In this document: in pieces, positions 13,730 to 26,910 of the stretch | Position numbering within the stretch: position 1 is the stretch's first letter | Layout: the number at the start of each line of letters is the position of its first letter | From: Marsupella aquatica | Lineage: Eukaryota; Plantae; Marchantiophyta | Reading direction: 5' to 3' | Assembly: GCA_973895155.1 (NCBI GenBank) | Contig: OZ316897.1 | Coordinates: forward strand, 2,173,312 to 2,237,311 | Length of the DNA stretch: 64,000 bases | Made by a program: the position numbers and the translations under genes | Notes under the pieces: generated by a model | Told to the model about the DNA's origin: nothing | The model's input: only the letters and a program-made list of their open reading frames with translations | Database searches by the model: none

Positions 13730-15096
13730 AAAAAAGTGAACAAAAGAACCAGAGATTTACCTGAAGCCCTGAGTGTATACAATTCCCCAAAAAAGAGAAC
13801 AAAATGAAGTGAACTAAAGAACCTAAATTTAGGGAACGCCCTGTATAAAATTCCAAAAGAACCAGAAATTAACCCAAACCCCTGTGTAAAATTTCAATGG
13901 CAGAGAGCAAAAGAACCAGAGAAGTACCTAAAGCCCTGTATAAAATTTCAAAAGAGAGAACAGAAGAACCAGAGATTTACCAAATGCCCTGTGTAAAATT
14001 TCAAAAGAAAGAGAACAAAAGAACCAGAGATTCACCTAAAGCCCTGTAAACTCACTAGTAATTCCCAATACTTAGAAATCTATGGCCTAGGTCTAGAGTG
14101 AAGCCAATCCTCTACACTGTAACTCTGCATGCCTCAATTTTGGGGGGTTACTGGGGGTGGAGAGGGACCCGACAAATCATAAATGAGTGTCAATAATAAT
14201 CACTCTTTTTCTTACAAGGTTTTTTTTGTACTCATCTATATTTTAAGTCACCTCTGTTTAAGTTGGAAAAAACCGGTAGCCAGGCTTGTAAAATTTCAAA
14301 AGAGAGAACAAAGAACCATGGATTTTCCTAAAGCCCTGTATAAAATTTTCAAAAGAGAGTCAACAAAAGAGTCATAGATTTTCCTAAAGCCCTGTATACA
14401 ATTTCAAAGAGAGTGCCCAGAGAGGCACGGCTGGTAGCTCACTTGAGTGAGTGGAGATTGAAAAATCTTATCCTGGGTTCAAATGTTGTAACTGACTCTT
14501 TCCTCTTCCCTATCTGTGGGGTTTCACAGATTTTCCTTTAAAAAAATTCAAAAGAGAGACAACAAAAGAACGAGGGATTTTCCTAAAGCCCTGCATAAAA
14601 TTTTCAAAAGAGAGTCAAAAAAAGAGTCATAGATTTTCCTAAAGCCCTATATACAATTTCAAAGACAGTGCCCAGAGAGGCACGGCTGGTAGCTCACTTA
14701 CTTGAGTGAGTGGAGATTGAAAAATCTTATCCTGGGTTCAAATGTTGTAACTGACTCTTCCCTCTTCCCTATCTGTGGAGTTTCACAGATTTTTCCTTTA
14801 AAAAAATTCAAAAGAGAGACAACAAAAGAACCAGGGATTTTCCTAAAGCCCTGTATAAAATTTTCAAAAGAGAGTCAACAAAAGAGCCAGAGATTTTCCT
14901 AAAGCCCTGTATACAATTTCAAAGAGAGTGCCCAGAGAGGCATGGCTGGTAGCTCACTTGAGTGAGTGGAGATTGAAAAATCTTATCCTGGGTTCAAATG
15001 TTGTAACTGACTCTTCCCTCTTCCCTATCTGTGGGGTTTCACAGATTTTTCCTTTAAAAAAATTCAAAAGAGAGACAACAAAAGAACCAGAGATTT
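13730..15096. repeat. Composite satellite: about 54-bp monomers, then three 255-260-bp higher-order units
   Basis: aaagaaccagagatttacctaaagccctgtataaaatttcaaaagagagaac recurs near 13741, 13856, 13910, 13964 and 14018. Higher-order units are anchored by gtgcccagagagg at 14413, 14668 and 14928. Confidence 0.9.
14429..14490 (+). other. Degenerate tRNA-like (tRNA-Phe GAA-like / SINE-head-like) sequence, repeated at about 14684 and 14944
   Basis: A-box-like TAGCTCACTTG, stem-loop GGAGA-TTGAAAA-ATCTT, and B-box-like GGTTCAAAT at near-tRNA spacing. No intact acceptor stem. Confidence 0.45.
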
Positions 15097-15726
15097 ATGG
15101 AAGGCCGACAGGCAACACTGTTCTGTTACGATGAGCATCTCCAACCAGACCGAAGCAGTTGCGCACAGTTACGGTTCGGGAGGAGAGGAGAGGAGAGTGG
15201 AGTCGAGGGGAGTGGAGGGGAATTCCGAAGGGAGCTGCTGCAGCGCCGGGAAAGGAGACGATCAGACAATGATACAGAGTGATGACAGAGCAGTGCTCTA
15301 GTTCGTCATCTAAAACTCAATTTCCCTGGTGCTGCATTCCCCTTCTTGCTTCTCGAAATTCCTGCACTGTAGGCCCTCTGGGTGAGTACCCAATTTTCAT
15401 CTGCTCCTCTCTCGGCCGTTTCGTGGGCCTGTCGAGTCCTGATTGATGCGCTCTCACTTGGGTTTTGTTTGAGTGTCTGCCTTTTCGTTTTCTGCTGGCG
15501 GAGGGGCCTGTGTTCTTGTCTGCAGCTTATAAGGTTGTTTCCTTTAACTTACTGGTCGCGAAACTGTTTGCTCTCCCCCTGTCATGGCCGGAAACGCTCT
15601 CAACTGTCAATCGTGGAACGGTACCTTCGAGTTTTGTTTTCTGTTCGAGTTTGAAATTGAGTCTTGCAACTCCCGTGTCGAGCGGTCCCAGTCCTTTGAT
15701 TATTGCTGATTTATTGTGAGAATTCC

Positions 15727-15729
<3 letters not shown>

Positions 15730-15766
<37 letters not shown>
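15730..15766. repeat. (CT)n microsatellite in the putative 5'UTR intron (about 15382-15995) of the DCD gene
   Basis: About 18 CT units. GTGAGT donor at 15382 and TTCCAG acceptor ending at 15995. Confidence 0.95.
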
Positions 15767-15770
<4 letters not shown>

Positions 15771-15999
15771 TGATGTGTGGGACCTTCTTTCTTGCCCTCT
15801 GTGATTGCCGGAAACACTCGCAATTGGCAATCCTCTCTCTCCACACTGCTTTCCCTCAGAGGCTGCAATTAAGTCGTTGAATCCATTTCGAGAATTTTCC
15901 GATTCATTCAATCGAGTTCGTAGTCTCTGCTCTTCCTGCCTTCCTGCAGCTCTCTTTCCCTGCATTTTGTTTCTTATGGTGTCTATCGATTCCAGAAAC

Positions 16000-18900
16000 A
16001 TGATAATGTCCGACCAACAGTACCAGGCTCTTCTGGGCAGATCTCGTCGGCCTTCCAGTGTTTCCGCACAGTTACAGGCTGCTCAGGGTGCTCAGTACGT
16101 TCCCCGGAAGCTTTATACCGACAGGGTGGCTGCTGCCGATCCATACAAGGCTGCAGAGACTAGAATACCTTCTCTTGCCGGATCAGCTGTCCCTTACCCT
16201 CCCACCAACAGAGCTGACAACTACCCAGATTCTCAAGACATACGAGCTCAATTGGCTGCTGAAAGACGGGGTGCTTTGCTATCTTCTCCTGCACTGGTCG
16301 ATTACTCTCCTCCACGCTATGTGGACCAGATTGGGTCCCGGGTCCTGGCTGGCACTCCAGTCTCTCCTGAAGTGGTGGGTGCATATTCTGGCCATTATCT
16401 TTCCCCAACTCCACAACGTGCAGGCCAGCCTCTGTCAAATTCTGACCTTCTAGCTGCCCGGGCAAGACGCTCGGAAATTGCTGCTGCGCTCCCAGGTGGG
16501 TATGGAAATGAAGTACGAAGAATTGCCCCTGCTGCGTCCTACGATGAGCCTGGTTTGTTTTCAGGACAGGCAGCAGGCATTCTGGGCCCTGGTGGTGCAA
16601 GAAGGGGCCGGGAGTTGGACCAGTATTTACTGTCGGTTCAACCTGAGAAGCTTGTCCGATATGCTGCCTCTGTTCTTGCTCCAGATCCAGTTCTTAGGCG
16701 GAGTGGCTACCCCATCGCAGGCAGCACTCTAAATTCAGAAGAAGATGATCGATACTCCAATTACCGTAGAGCCAAAGCTCGGCGAACTGAGTCGCATGAA
16801 TTCGGAGGTAGTGAGCCAGGACCTCAAAGAGTCAGAGAGAGGGACATTTACCGAGAAAGGGAGCACTACCGTGAGAGGAGAGGAGGAGAAGGGGAGTCAG
16901 GTAGAGAACGACGAAGGCATTCACCTGGTAGAAGGCAAACAAATGGATCTTTAGGCAAGGGAGGCGATGCCAATCGTTTGGATCGTCTAAATAACACCAC
17001 ACAATCGTCTGAGGAAAAGTATGGCCAACGAAATGGAGGGCGAGATAAACGTAGTAGAGCTTCTGAGACGTCTGGAAATCTGGACAAGGATGCGGAGCTG
17101 AAAGAGAAGGTCGAAGATCCCGATTCGGATAAGGATTCCGAGCTTGGCTCGCTGTGTGCTGACCTCTCGGATTCTGATGAGGACAAAGTGGAGAAAAAAT
17201 CTGATGATGCAGCTACCGTTATTGATGGTCCACTGGCTGGGATGATATTTGGGTGCTCTTCTGCCACCTTTCACGAATGTATGAGGCTCCAGTTATTCGG
17301 GCTACCGGCCAAGAGCAAGGACGATGTCATGCGAGTGACTCCTGGAACGAAAGTGTTTCTCTTCAATTTTGACACAAAGGAGCTGTCCGGCATTTTCGAG
17401 GCTGTTTCTCAAGGCGGATGGCAACTTCAGCCCGATGCTTTCCGAGACTTTGGGGGATTTCCAGCTCAGGTGATTTGCTGGCACGGATAACTCTATTCAC
17501 CCCAAATACTACCCTATAGAGGACGGGATAGGGACTCCATTGCCTGCTACAGATTACGTTCTGTAGGATTTAGATAACTGCAAATACTTTGGCGTCCTGT
17601 GAAATTTAAGGATATAACTTGGACAGTTCTATGTCGACATCCGTCCTGTCATGCTAGAAACTAACCTCGTTCCTATGTTATTTAATTGCTCAGGTACAAG
17701 TGTGCTGCTCGGAACAATGCCCGAATCTGCCACAAAGTGTGTTCAAGCCTGCCATTAGAGAGAATTACGTCAGTCAGACCAGATTTAGGTTCGATCTTAA
17801 TGCCAAGCAGGTGCGTTTATCCAACTCCGGGCCCAAAAATTGGCATTTCTGTGTAGAAGGTGTTGCTGCTATAGATAGAACGCATCATTCTTTTGTTCAT
17901 CCATAAAATATTCAAACATCCTATTGGTAGAATGTTCGCGGAAAAGCTCATCGTTGTGAAGAAATTCCGTATGCTCAGAATGTTAAGGTGGATATTATCA
18001 GTCGGGATTGTTTACCGGGACACGTATCTGACACATGTCTTGAACGGTTTCTGTAAACAGGTGAAGGACCTGGTTAAAATGTTTAGACAAGCAGGAAGAA
18101 CGCTTCCAGAACGGCAAGACCCTTTGGCGGATCGCTACTTAAGTGCGCGTCTTCAGTCTGAAGACTATTTAGCGCGAGGAGGCCAGCAGCAAAGACTTTA
18201 CCCTCGGCACCCTCAGGCACGTTTTGGAAAATCAAGAGTCCCTTATGCGAGTGTCAAATCTATGTCACCCAAGAGTAGTATTCGTAAGTCCAAAAGGGGA
18301 TCAAAGAGAGCATTGAGAGGAAGGAAGAAAAGAAAAGTCTCTAATAAGCCCGAGTCTCCCATGGCAGATAACTGCAGTCTCTATAGTCTATCAGGGGAGA
18401 TTCAAGAGGCAGATGTTACCATAAATTCTAGCGGATGCGATGATGCCTCTAACACAAACAATGCTGTTATAGTCAGGGAGGCTATTGAAACAGGTAGTTC
18501 CAGAATCGTTGATCAGCAAAAAGAGATCATTGAGACACCCGCTGCTAAATCCATCTCTCCGTCTGGTCCAGACCATGGTCTAACTCATAGCAAAGCTGAG
18601 GAGCCCCCCTGTGTTAGAGTGGAAGTGAGAGTTGCTGCTGAGGTTGTTGGGAAGGACGAAGAGTCAGAATTGATCGCTGCCGAGTTTGCCATAGATTCTG
18701 AGGCTCCCTTCATCATAGAAGAAGTAACGATTCCTTCTGCGGTTGTTCGCAAGGGTGAAGAAGTAGAAGTAGTTTCTGGCGAGGTTTTAATGGATTATGA
18801 GTCTCCTCGTGTTAGAAAGGAAGAGATAGTTGTTGCTGACGCTATAGAGGAAAAACTGCAAGTGATTGCTGCTGAGGTCGCCATAGATTCTGAGGTACCC

Positions 18901-19743
18901 TGTGTTAGTGAGGAAGTGGTGACTGCTGCTGGGGCTGCTGGCGAGGATCAAAATTTAGAAGTGATTGCCGCAGAGGTTGCCGCTGATTCTGAGACTGCTT
19001 GCGTTAGAGAGAAAATGATGATTGCTTCTGGGTCTCTTGGCAAAGATGAAGAACTAGAAGTGGTTTCTGTTGAGGTCGCTCTAAATACTGCGGCTCCTTC
19101 TGTTAGAGAGGAAGGGATACCTACTGTTGGGGCTGTTAGTGAAGAATTAGAAATGATTGCTGCTGAGGTTGCTGTAGATTCTGAGGCCTCCTTTGATAGA
19201 GAGGAAGCCATTATTGCTGATGGGGCTTTTGGCAAGGATGGAGAACTAGAAGTAACTGCTGCTGACCTCGCTGTAGATTCTGAGACTCTGTGTGTCAGAG
19301 ATCATATTGCTGCTCAGGCCCTAAGTAGTCAGCTCCTTGCATCTGCAGATGTAGAAGACAAGATGACATTTCATGATGGTATTGATCAAGGTGAAGAGGT
19401 TATCCTTGCAGCGGAGGCTGTTCATAGTGAGCAACCATCCCCAGACCTGAACGTTATTCATGGAGATGATGAGGATGAAGAAGAGGTGCTCCTTGCTGGT
19501 AACGCTGTTCATAGTGAGCTTGTTACATCTGCAGATGAAGATGAGGATCAGGTAGGGAATGATGAAGAGGATGAGTCTGACGAGGGTGAAGATGAAGATG
19601 AAGATGAAGATGAAGAGGAAGATGAAGATGAAGATACTGTGGATGTTTCTGTTGATGGTGAGCTTTCCAATGTAGGGGAGGATGGAGATGAGGATGAAGA
19701 CAATGGGGAAGGTGTGGACGATGATGCTAGTTACGATGACTGA
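16000..19743 (+). CDS. DCD (development and cell death) domain protein with long low-complexity N-terminus and acidic repeat C-terminus; exons 16000-17469, 17694-17810, 18061-19743
   Basis: DCD motifs GMIFGCSSATFHECMRLQLFGLP, PGTKVFLFNFD..LSGIFEA, FPAQV, FKPAIRENY, FRFDLNAKQVKDLVKMF are split by phase-0 introns. Start could be ATG 16000 or 16006. Confidence 0.88.
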
Positions 19744-21164
19744 TGTTGGATGGTACAATTGGATTAAAAGCAAGAAAACCTTGTCATTGTTGTATGGTGA
19801 TTGCAGTGACCCAACGTCAGGCCTGAAAAAAACAAACTGGGCAGTGTCTGTCCAGGGACACAACAACTTATTTCAGCATCGCATAGCTACAGTAGGTTTA
19901 TCTTCCCAGGGAATGGCTTTTTACGGCATGGCGGATGAGTAAGCATAGTCCGCCACTGAATCACAGAATGGACAGGAGGCTAAAGCTTTCCGGAGGCCAT
20001 CAGGCTCAACAGATATTATTTATGCTAACTGATTAGATGTAGTCAATCGAGAAGTAGTTTCCCTTAAGCTAGTAGGCTCTACGCCTGTTGGCGTTACCAG
20101 AGGGGGCAACCCTGTACTCCATGCCAGCTCATAAATTAATTCAAGGATTAAATCTTTTAATACAATCTCAATATTTTGTACAGAGATTAACCGCAGCAGG
20201 TGTAGACAGCCTGTTTGCAGCTTAATAAATGTCCAAAATCTATTACTGAACCCACTTACGGTTAGATGTGGCTTAGATATGGGGCTCTTCCGATCCGCTC
20301 AGCTTGTGTCCGCATTGCTATCAACTACCAAGGTGTTTTCCTTAGTCCGTCCAGAAAGGGGATCAAAAGCACAGGGACCACTTTTCCCTTCAATTCCAAG
20401 GCGATCCCGTCTTACCTGGAATCCGTTACTACATCCTATTGACAGTTTTCAACATACTACATACTACAGTGCAGATCTCTGGAAGAGGCACACGGCCCTG
20501 TTTGCTCTGAACGGGAAACACTAGGCTTAGATCCAATCCAAAGTCTTTACAGTACAGTCTTGTGTTTGCACTGATGCGGTGTGTATGGATCACTCACTCC
20601 TACGATGCTTGAAAACTAGAATTCCTAGTTTTGTGGAAGTCGCTTGATCATCTGGAATAACTTGCAGCTAAACAGTAATTACCCGCGTAACCTCGGCTAG
20701 TAGAGTTGGTTACCATGAATTTGCACGTACAGAAAAACGCACTTGTGGAGTGAAATTGCTCAAATTGTCGGATAGATGATTAAGAATATACAGGTCTTCA
20801 CCAAAAACTCGTGAAATTGTCCTATTAACCTGGGATTGTCATGACTTGAAATTGTCAGGATGGGTTTATGCCAGTTTGTGTTTGTGGAGACCAGGGTCCA
20901 ACAAAGTTTTTGCAATGTGTTGTAATTCTGATTTTGGCTTGACTATCACACAAATGGGGACGTATATGACTCTCGGATTGTTGTGGGGCTTCGTCTACAT
21001 CTTTTTACGGATGTCATTTGAATCCAATGTTGTTGCTTCTATGTTTGTGGATGGATGATAGCAATACCAGGTGTACGGTTGAATGCCATCCATTGGCTAG
21101 ATCATCGTGGAAATGGAGTATGGATAATTGCACCTAGAACTCAACTCGAGAGGATGGCCATGAC

Positions 21165-22845
21165 AATGTGGGTTCTAAAGGAGGTGATACAACCCAGCAA
21201 GGCATTAACTAAAGCGCACCAGAGCACGTGCTGGCTGAGTTGCTGGGACCATGTGCAATGCACCTCTTAAACTCGCATGTACCACCTTACCCCAGCGCAT
21301 TGTCCATCCTTCAACCTGTCATTTGGAAAGTGTGAAGTCCGATCGTAGTTCAACGAAGTTTCAGCAGCTAAGATCTTATAGTTTCCTGGGCACCTAGATC
21401 TGCAAAAGCATGCAAGAAGTGGATTCAACAACTGACATCACAATAAAGCAAGTCTAAATTGCCATATTGCTGCTGGCTCCTCGTTGCAAAAGTCTCGTTG
21501 TGTGCTTCATTACTCAATCATTACGCTTCTACAGTAGGATCAACAATGTGAATTGTAATCCCCCTAATAATCCCCAATTATCTGCTATCAACACATTAGT
21601 CATTCGTCTAATTATCGGAGCAATTAAATGCCCAGAACAAAATCAACATCGGCCGGGGATGTTGAGTGGTAACGTACATACTCGTAGATCTAAACTCGAG
21701 GTCAGAATTGGAGATATTGGAATTGCCATGTTACATGTGGTTTCGCTGCCACAGGCGTAAACATACAGATCGTTCAATGCTTTCATCAATACAGTTAGCA
21801 CTTCTCTGTTACATAACATAAAACAATGCAAATATGCAAATTATTACTGTGGCAGTTGGAGTCATGCTTTCGGCTGGACACCCTATGCTCAACAAAAGTT
21901 GCATGTCCTTAAGCTCGTTATCCGGTTGACTTAAACAGTAAGGTGATCTTTGAACGAGAAAATGAACTTCTTCGTTCATTGGTGACGTCCGTGTATAACC
22001 GATTCAGCAGACGAATCAAAGTTTTAGAGCACATATAGTCGGGCGTGTACTATTCTTGCCAAGCGGTAACTTCCGCATGGAGGCCCCTCTGAACATCTGG
22101 CTGGTTTAAGTACCCGGTCACCTCATGACCAATTCCTCGATGCTTGACCTGCCATGAGTCAATCGATGCAGCTTGAACATGAAGTTCGTCTCATACAAAT
22201 TCAATAGAAGGTCAGCAGGCTGTAGGGAACCAATACCCGCCAGTCTTACTGCGGACTCTGTTCCCAAGTGCGAATTCTGTACGAGAGTAGTACTTAGTTT
22301 TATCCACACGTGGCATATTCCTTTCACTTAACGATAGCTCAGCCTCGGGCAAAGAAGTCAAATACTTTACGTATTACTGTGATCAAATGATCGAGGTCAA
22401 ATAACTTTCCTCAAGCTTACCATACCCCCTTCACGGGATTTTTGACCTGACCAGAAAGTTCGTTGTTTTGGAGGACGGCAGCAGCCAATTCTGGAACGTA
22501 ATAACCTTCAAGAAAATCCACAGAGGATAAGCTGCCTAGCTATCAGACATGTTTCTTTAGCTACTTCAGCACGTCTTAGACGACTAGCCGATCCACTACT
22601 CCAAGCGGCAGAGATACCTCAGGTACTTAAAAGGAATAATTTCAATGTTTGCAGGGAAACCGGGCTGGAAGTGAGTAAATAGAAGAATTCACATGCACAA
22701 GACACTAGACTCTATTCAGGAATTCCCACAGGTTCGTCAACTCTAACTTTACATGCGTAACTATTGCCCGTGAAGTAAAATTCATTGAACTTGAATTCAG
22801 GATACTCTCCTGGCCACCCGAGGAGGAACGCGGGGGCATGCTCGC
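21165..22845 (-). pseudogene. Inverted SCPL pseudogene (remnants of exons 4, 5, 7, 8 and 10)
   Basis: Minus strand gives EYPEFKFNEFYFTGNSYA (about 22753-22840), YVPELAAAVLQNNELSGQ with a frameshift (about 22420-22505), YLNQPDVQRGLHAEVTAWQE-stop (about 22050-22125), a deleted exon 8 (about 21680-21725) and [29 protein letters not shown]-stop (about 21165-21315). Flanking intron sequence matches SCPL copy 1. Confidence 0.9.
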
Positions 22846-24987
22846 AGACTTTTAGAAAGGATCATGGAGTTGGTTTCCGTTCTGGCTTGTTCCAGCTGGA
22901 GATGTTAAGAACGTCACCAGGCCTCTCGTCATCTGTTAGTAGTCCGAGGTGTTCTTGGAGTACGAGAACCCAAGTCCAGCGTGAGACTCCGAGAAAATTA
23001 CTTTGGCAGCTCGACACGATTTCAACAAAAAGAACTCAGGGTAGATTAATACTCGGTAGATTACAATCAAACATCTTTCCTTGAGCTGGCTCAGCTGTTC
23101 CTCTGAATGAATTAAAGTATCGAAAATGGGCACCTCGGGAAAGGCATTGAGGAAAGGCATCCAGGCTCGTCCATCCATCTGAGATCCTTTCAGTTCTTAG
23201 ACAAGTTTCTAATAACTTACTGGTGAACTCTCTGGTGAACTCTCTGGTGAACTTCGGAAATTATGGTTAGAGCAGCACATGTGATTGAATGAATAATTTT
23301 AGTTTCTCCGGCGTCCATTGGGTCACGTGACAAGGATTGCCAGACGTCGAACAAGAAGAGGAGGACAGATCAAGCAGCGAGCCGGGGCTCAATTTGCTGC
23401 ATCCATTTCTCGGGATATTGTACAATTATCCTCCTCCTGGAACGCTGAGAGGCTGTGACCGCAACCACTATGTTCTGAGCTCTTTGCTCGAGCTAAAAAA
23501 GTTCAATCTGTTGAATCCTTCACACCCGACTTCACATTGTTGAGTTCGATATGACAAACTGAAGAGAGCTCAGATAGACAAAAAATAAGGATCAGTTACA
23601 GTTACAAGTTCATAATGATAAGATCAGTTACAATTACAAGTTGATAATGGTTGAGTTTTCTCGCCTGTAGCTTTTTCGATGTCCTCGACGCGTGATCGAG
23701 ACCAGACCAAAAATGCACGCGAGACAGGAAGTTGTTGATATATTTTATGTGTGGTTAGAGCCTGAGACAAATGTTTGTGTGTTGCACAAAATGCAGATGC
23801 GACAAGGAGGTTATTGATATACCTTATGTCTTGTTACTGCGATACGATCATCACATCCATATTGTCAGGGTTGTCAAGAATGAGTGAATAAGTTCAGGCT
23901 AAAAGGGTTTCGGCTGATCCAATGGTCATAAAAAACTCAGGACGAATTCCCGCTCAAATCTATAGCGTGAACAGATGCTAGAGTTGGGATCTAGACTTCT
24001 AGAGTGAATCCTCATCTTTCCATCCAGGCCCAGGAAGTACAGGTGATTTCATGGACCCTTGCTATAATTTAGACACGAATGCATAAGTCAGCCCTTCTGT
24101 TGAAGCCCAGAAAATGATGCCATTTTTGCTGACCCTTGGTAGCATTAATCCAAGCCCATTCGGGATTTTATGAAACCCTGGTACAATCAAAGGCATCAAT
24201 GCTTAAGTTAGTCCTCATAAGTTCAAGTCCAGAAGTGGATGACCGTGTTTTTCATGGAGCCTTTGGGAGAGTTTAGCATTAAGCAAAAATGTACAACGCC
24301 TTGTGGATTTCATGAACCTTAGTTCGTAGAATAAAAAGCAATCAATCCTTGAGTCCTTGCTTGTTCATCTCGAGCACACAAAATTGAAATAATTCCAGTT
24401 TGTCTCTCCTTTGTGGCAGGACCCATGGGCAGGAACTTGGCTGTGTGGACTGCAGTTGCAGCCCCTTAGTTAAAACCTTTTCAGGGTAGATCAGTATATC
24501 CATCGATCTGTTCATTTCAGGTGATCTAGTGACCATTAATATATGGCTTTTGTTAGTAGAATGGTGGCAGCCCTCGAGAGAAAAATGCCGGCTATCCCAC
24601 ATGACATTGACAAGGGCCTCAGGCATATATGCTGATGTGGAGGCAGTTTTTTTTGGACAAAGTTCAGACCACCTCAGCCAGGTGGGTTTTTTTCTTCTAT
24701 GAGCTTAGTCCCTTCTATTAATTTTCAGCACTTAAGCATTCTTAATGAATTTGGTGATTTCTATATTTGTAAATTTGGGTGCTTTATGGAGAGAGGAATG
24801 CATAGTCAAAATAATTTTACTGAAAATAGTAAGCATAAAAATCTTGTAGGCAGCCTTAGTTTAATAAGTGAAAGTGTATTAACTCAGTCCCTGTTTAATT
24901 AAATAAGCCGTAAAAAAATAGAGCTAAAGCACAATTCTGTGGGGCTACTTTTGACATACAACACGGCTTGGACTGACCCATTCCCTC

Positions 24988-25004
24988 GGGGGGGGGGGGG
25001 GGGG
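24988..25004 (+). repeat. G17 homopolymer
   Basis: 17 consecutive G. Confidence 0.95.
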
Positions 25005-26832
25005 TTCACCTTATGAAATTGTTGTATACCATGTGCAAACGCCCCTATTGTAGGAATGGACTTTGGGCAGTCAGAGTTAAGAAATGATTGTTTGGACCAC
25101 CTCTAGAGGTGATCTAATTAATATAAGTACTAGGAAAATATTTAAGCACTCCATGTCAGCATTTACTTGGCTAGGCCCACTGCTTGCCGTGTAAGATCCC
25201 GTGTAAGATCCGTACCTACCACCGGACATACCAGACCTGAATGGGCCCTGACTCAGATTGTAAATGACTGTCCTATTTCACCCACCCTTATAATTCAATA
25301 CCTCAAATGAAATTGTGCCAATCTTGGTACTCATATTCTAAGCTAGGATGTATGGAAATTAAACCTAAATTAGTTCAAGGTCCGTTGCTAAAAGAGTCAA
25401 CTCATTCTGAAGTGTAATAACAACTTACATAATAAAAGAGAAGTCAATAGGGGAAGAAAAGGAAAGTAAAATAAATTTTGGAGAAATCATAACAAACCTA
25501 GGGGCAAAGAAAATTGAATGTAATTATGGTGATTAAAGTTGAGGTGGGTTCACGCATGAGGGAGGTCGAAGGAGTTCATCCTGTAGTCAAGCAGAAGGGA
25601 GGGAAGAAGATTAGTTGAGTCTTCTTGTGACTACAAGGTATTTGGTGAAGACTCTGGTGCCCACTCTGCTGTACTTTGGTAACTACTTATATAGCCTTAG
25701 TGCATGAAATTCTTTGAATGATTGAACGAGTTGAAGTAATTAAGCCCCTCCACCAATCTCCAGAGACTCACCTTGCCCCCAATCTCCATTTTACACTCAC
25801 ACCTATAACTTCATTGATGTCCACTCTAGACTGTAGGCATCATAATTCAGAGGCTTCACTTTAATTATACTGTAGGCATGAAGAGTTAATTAGTAGCTTT
25901 CCATTGCTATTATATTGCTAGATAATTAATTGGCTGTACTTAACCCCAGCAAGTTATCTCGACCCTGCCCTCTTCGCCTCTTATGACACGAGTTCATTCC
26001 ATATTGGCCTCTCCTCCCTTGTTATCAGTCGATTCCAATCAGAAACAAAAAGCCAATCTTGACAGCAGTTGATTCAAATTACACTAATCCAACACCAGAA
26101 ACCAAATTAAAAGGCAAAAGAAACTGAAAAATAATAAATACCTGTCAATCACAAGAATTCGACGAGGACTTCGAGGCTGTAATAATTCGAGGTGGAATTG
26201 TCCGTCATTAAGTTAATTCATGCATGTGTGACAAGCTGCTCCACCCGTTGGATGCAAGGCACCGATACCTGCTATGCTCGCTTGCGGCTTGCAAACGAAC
26301 TCATAATATCTGTAGACTGAGGCAGTCGCTACTGTTGTTCTCATCTTCAGACTCCGGCTCGTCTGTGGTGTCAATCCAAAGATTGCTTTGTAATTTTTGT
26401 ACCAGCCACGAACAAGCCCCACCAGGAAACTGCTACAGCCGTGGAAACTCAGTCATTGTGACTGTAACTGCACTTCACGGCCTTTCTTGAAGACTATTAT
26501 CATTCTGCATGAGCTCTTTCATATCAGTACTTTATAACTCCCCTATCCGTGTTTGCGAAAGTCAACCGATTATTCTACTTTTGCTCATTGTCTCGTGAAC
26601 AAAATGGTCAGCTCTGCTGACGATGTACAATTTTAAAACTTTAGACCAATCTGTGTGCAATTGGTTCCTCCTTCTTAGGGTGAATGCTGACAGAAAGGAA
26701 TGCAGCGACGAGCCCCACTGAACGGCTGATCTTTCGTGCTGGGATCAACATGTTGCAATCATCGTCATATGATCCATTTGGGTCCTCGGGAATATTTATT
26801 TAATTAGAACTTATAATTAAGCTCTCAGTCAC

Positions 26833-26839
26833 TATATAT
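26833..26839 (+). promoter_or_regulatory. Putative TATA box of SCPL copy 2
   Basis: TATATAT about 75 bp upstream of the ATG, just before the ggagttcaccagta block shared by the SCPL upstream regions. Confidence 0.45.
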
Positions 26840-26910
26840 TCCCGGAGTTCACCAGTAATTTAACACCAGGAATTTCTCTTTAGAACGATTGTTCATAGAA
26901 CGGATCACAG

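Noticed and set aside
14702-15134. Duplicated small ORFs SEWRLKNLILGSNVV
   Set aside because: Translation of satellite units; frames differ between copies
15805-15999. N-terminal extension of the DCD protein shown in the ORF track
   Set aside because: Starts at TTG inside a pyrimidine-rich putative 5'UTR intron that ends at 15995
17893-18060. Separate 616-aa gene starting at 17893
   Set aside because: The first part is intron read-through; from 18061 it is the last DCD exon
19321-19866. 181-aa hydrophobic minus-strand ORF
   Set aside because: Antisense shadow of the GAT/GAA-rich acidic tail of the DCD gene
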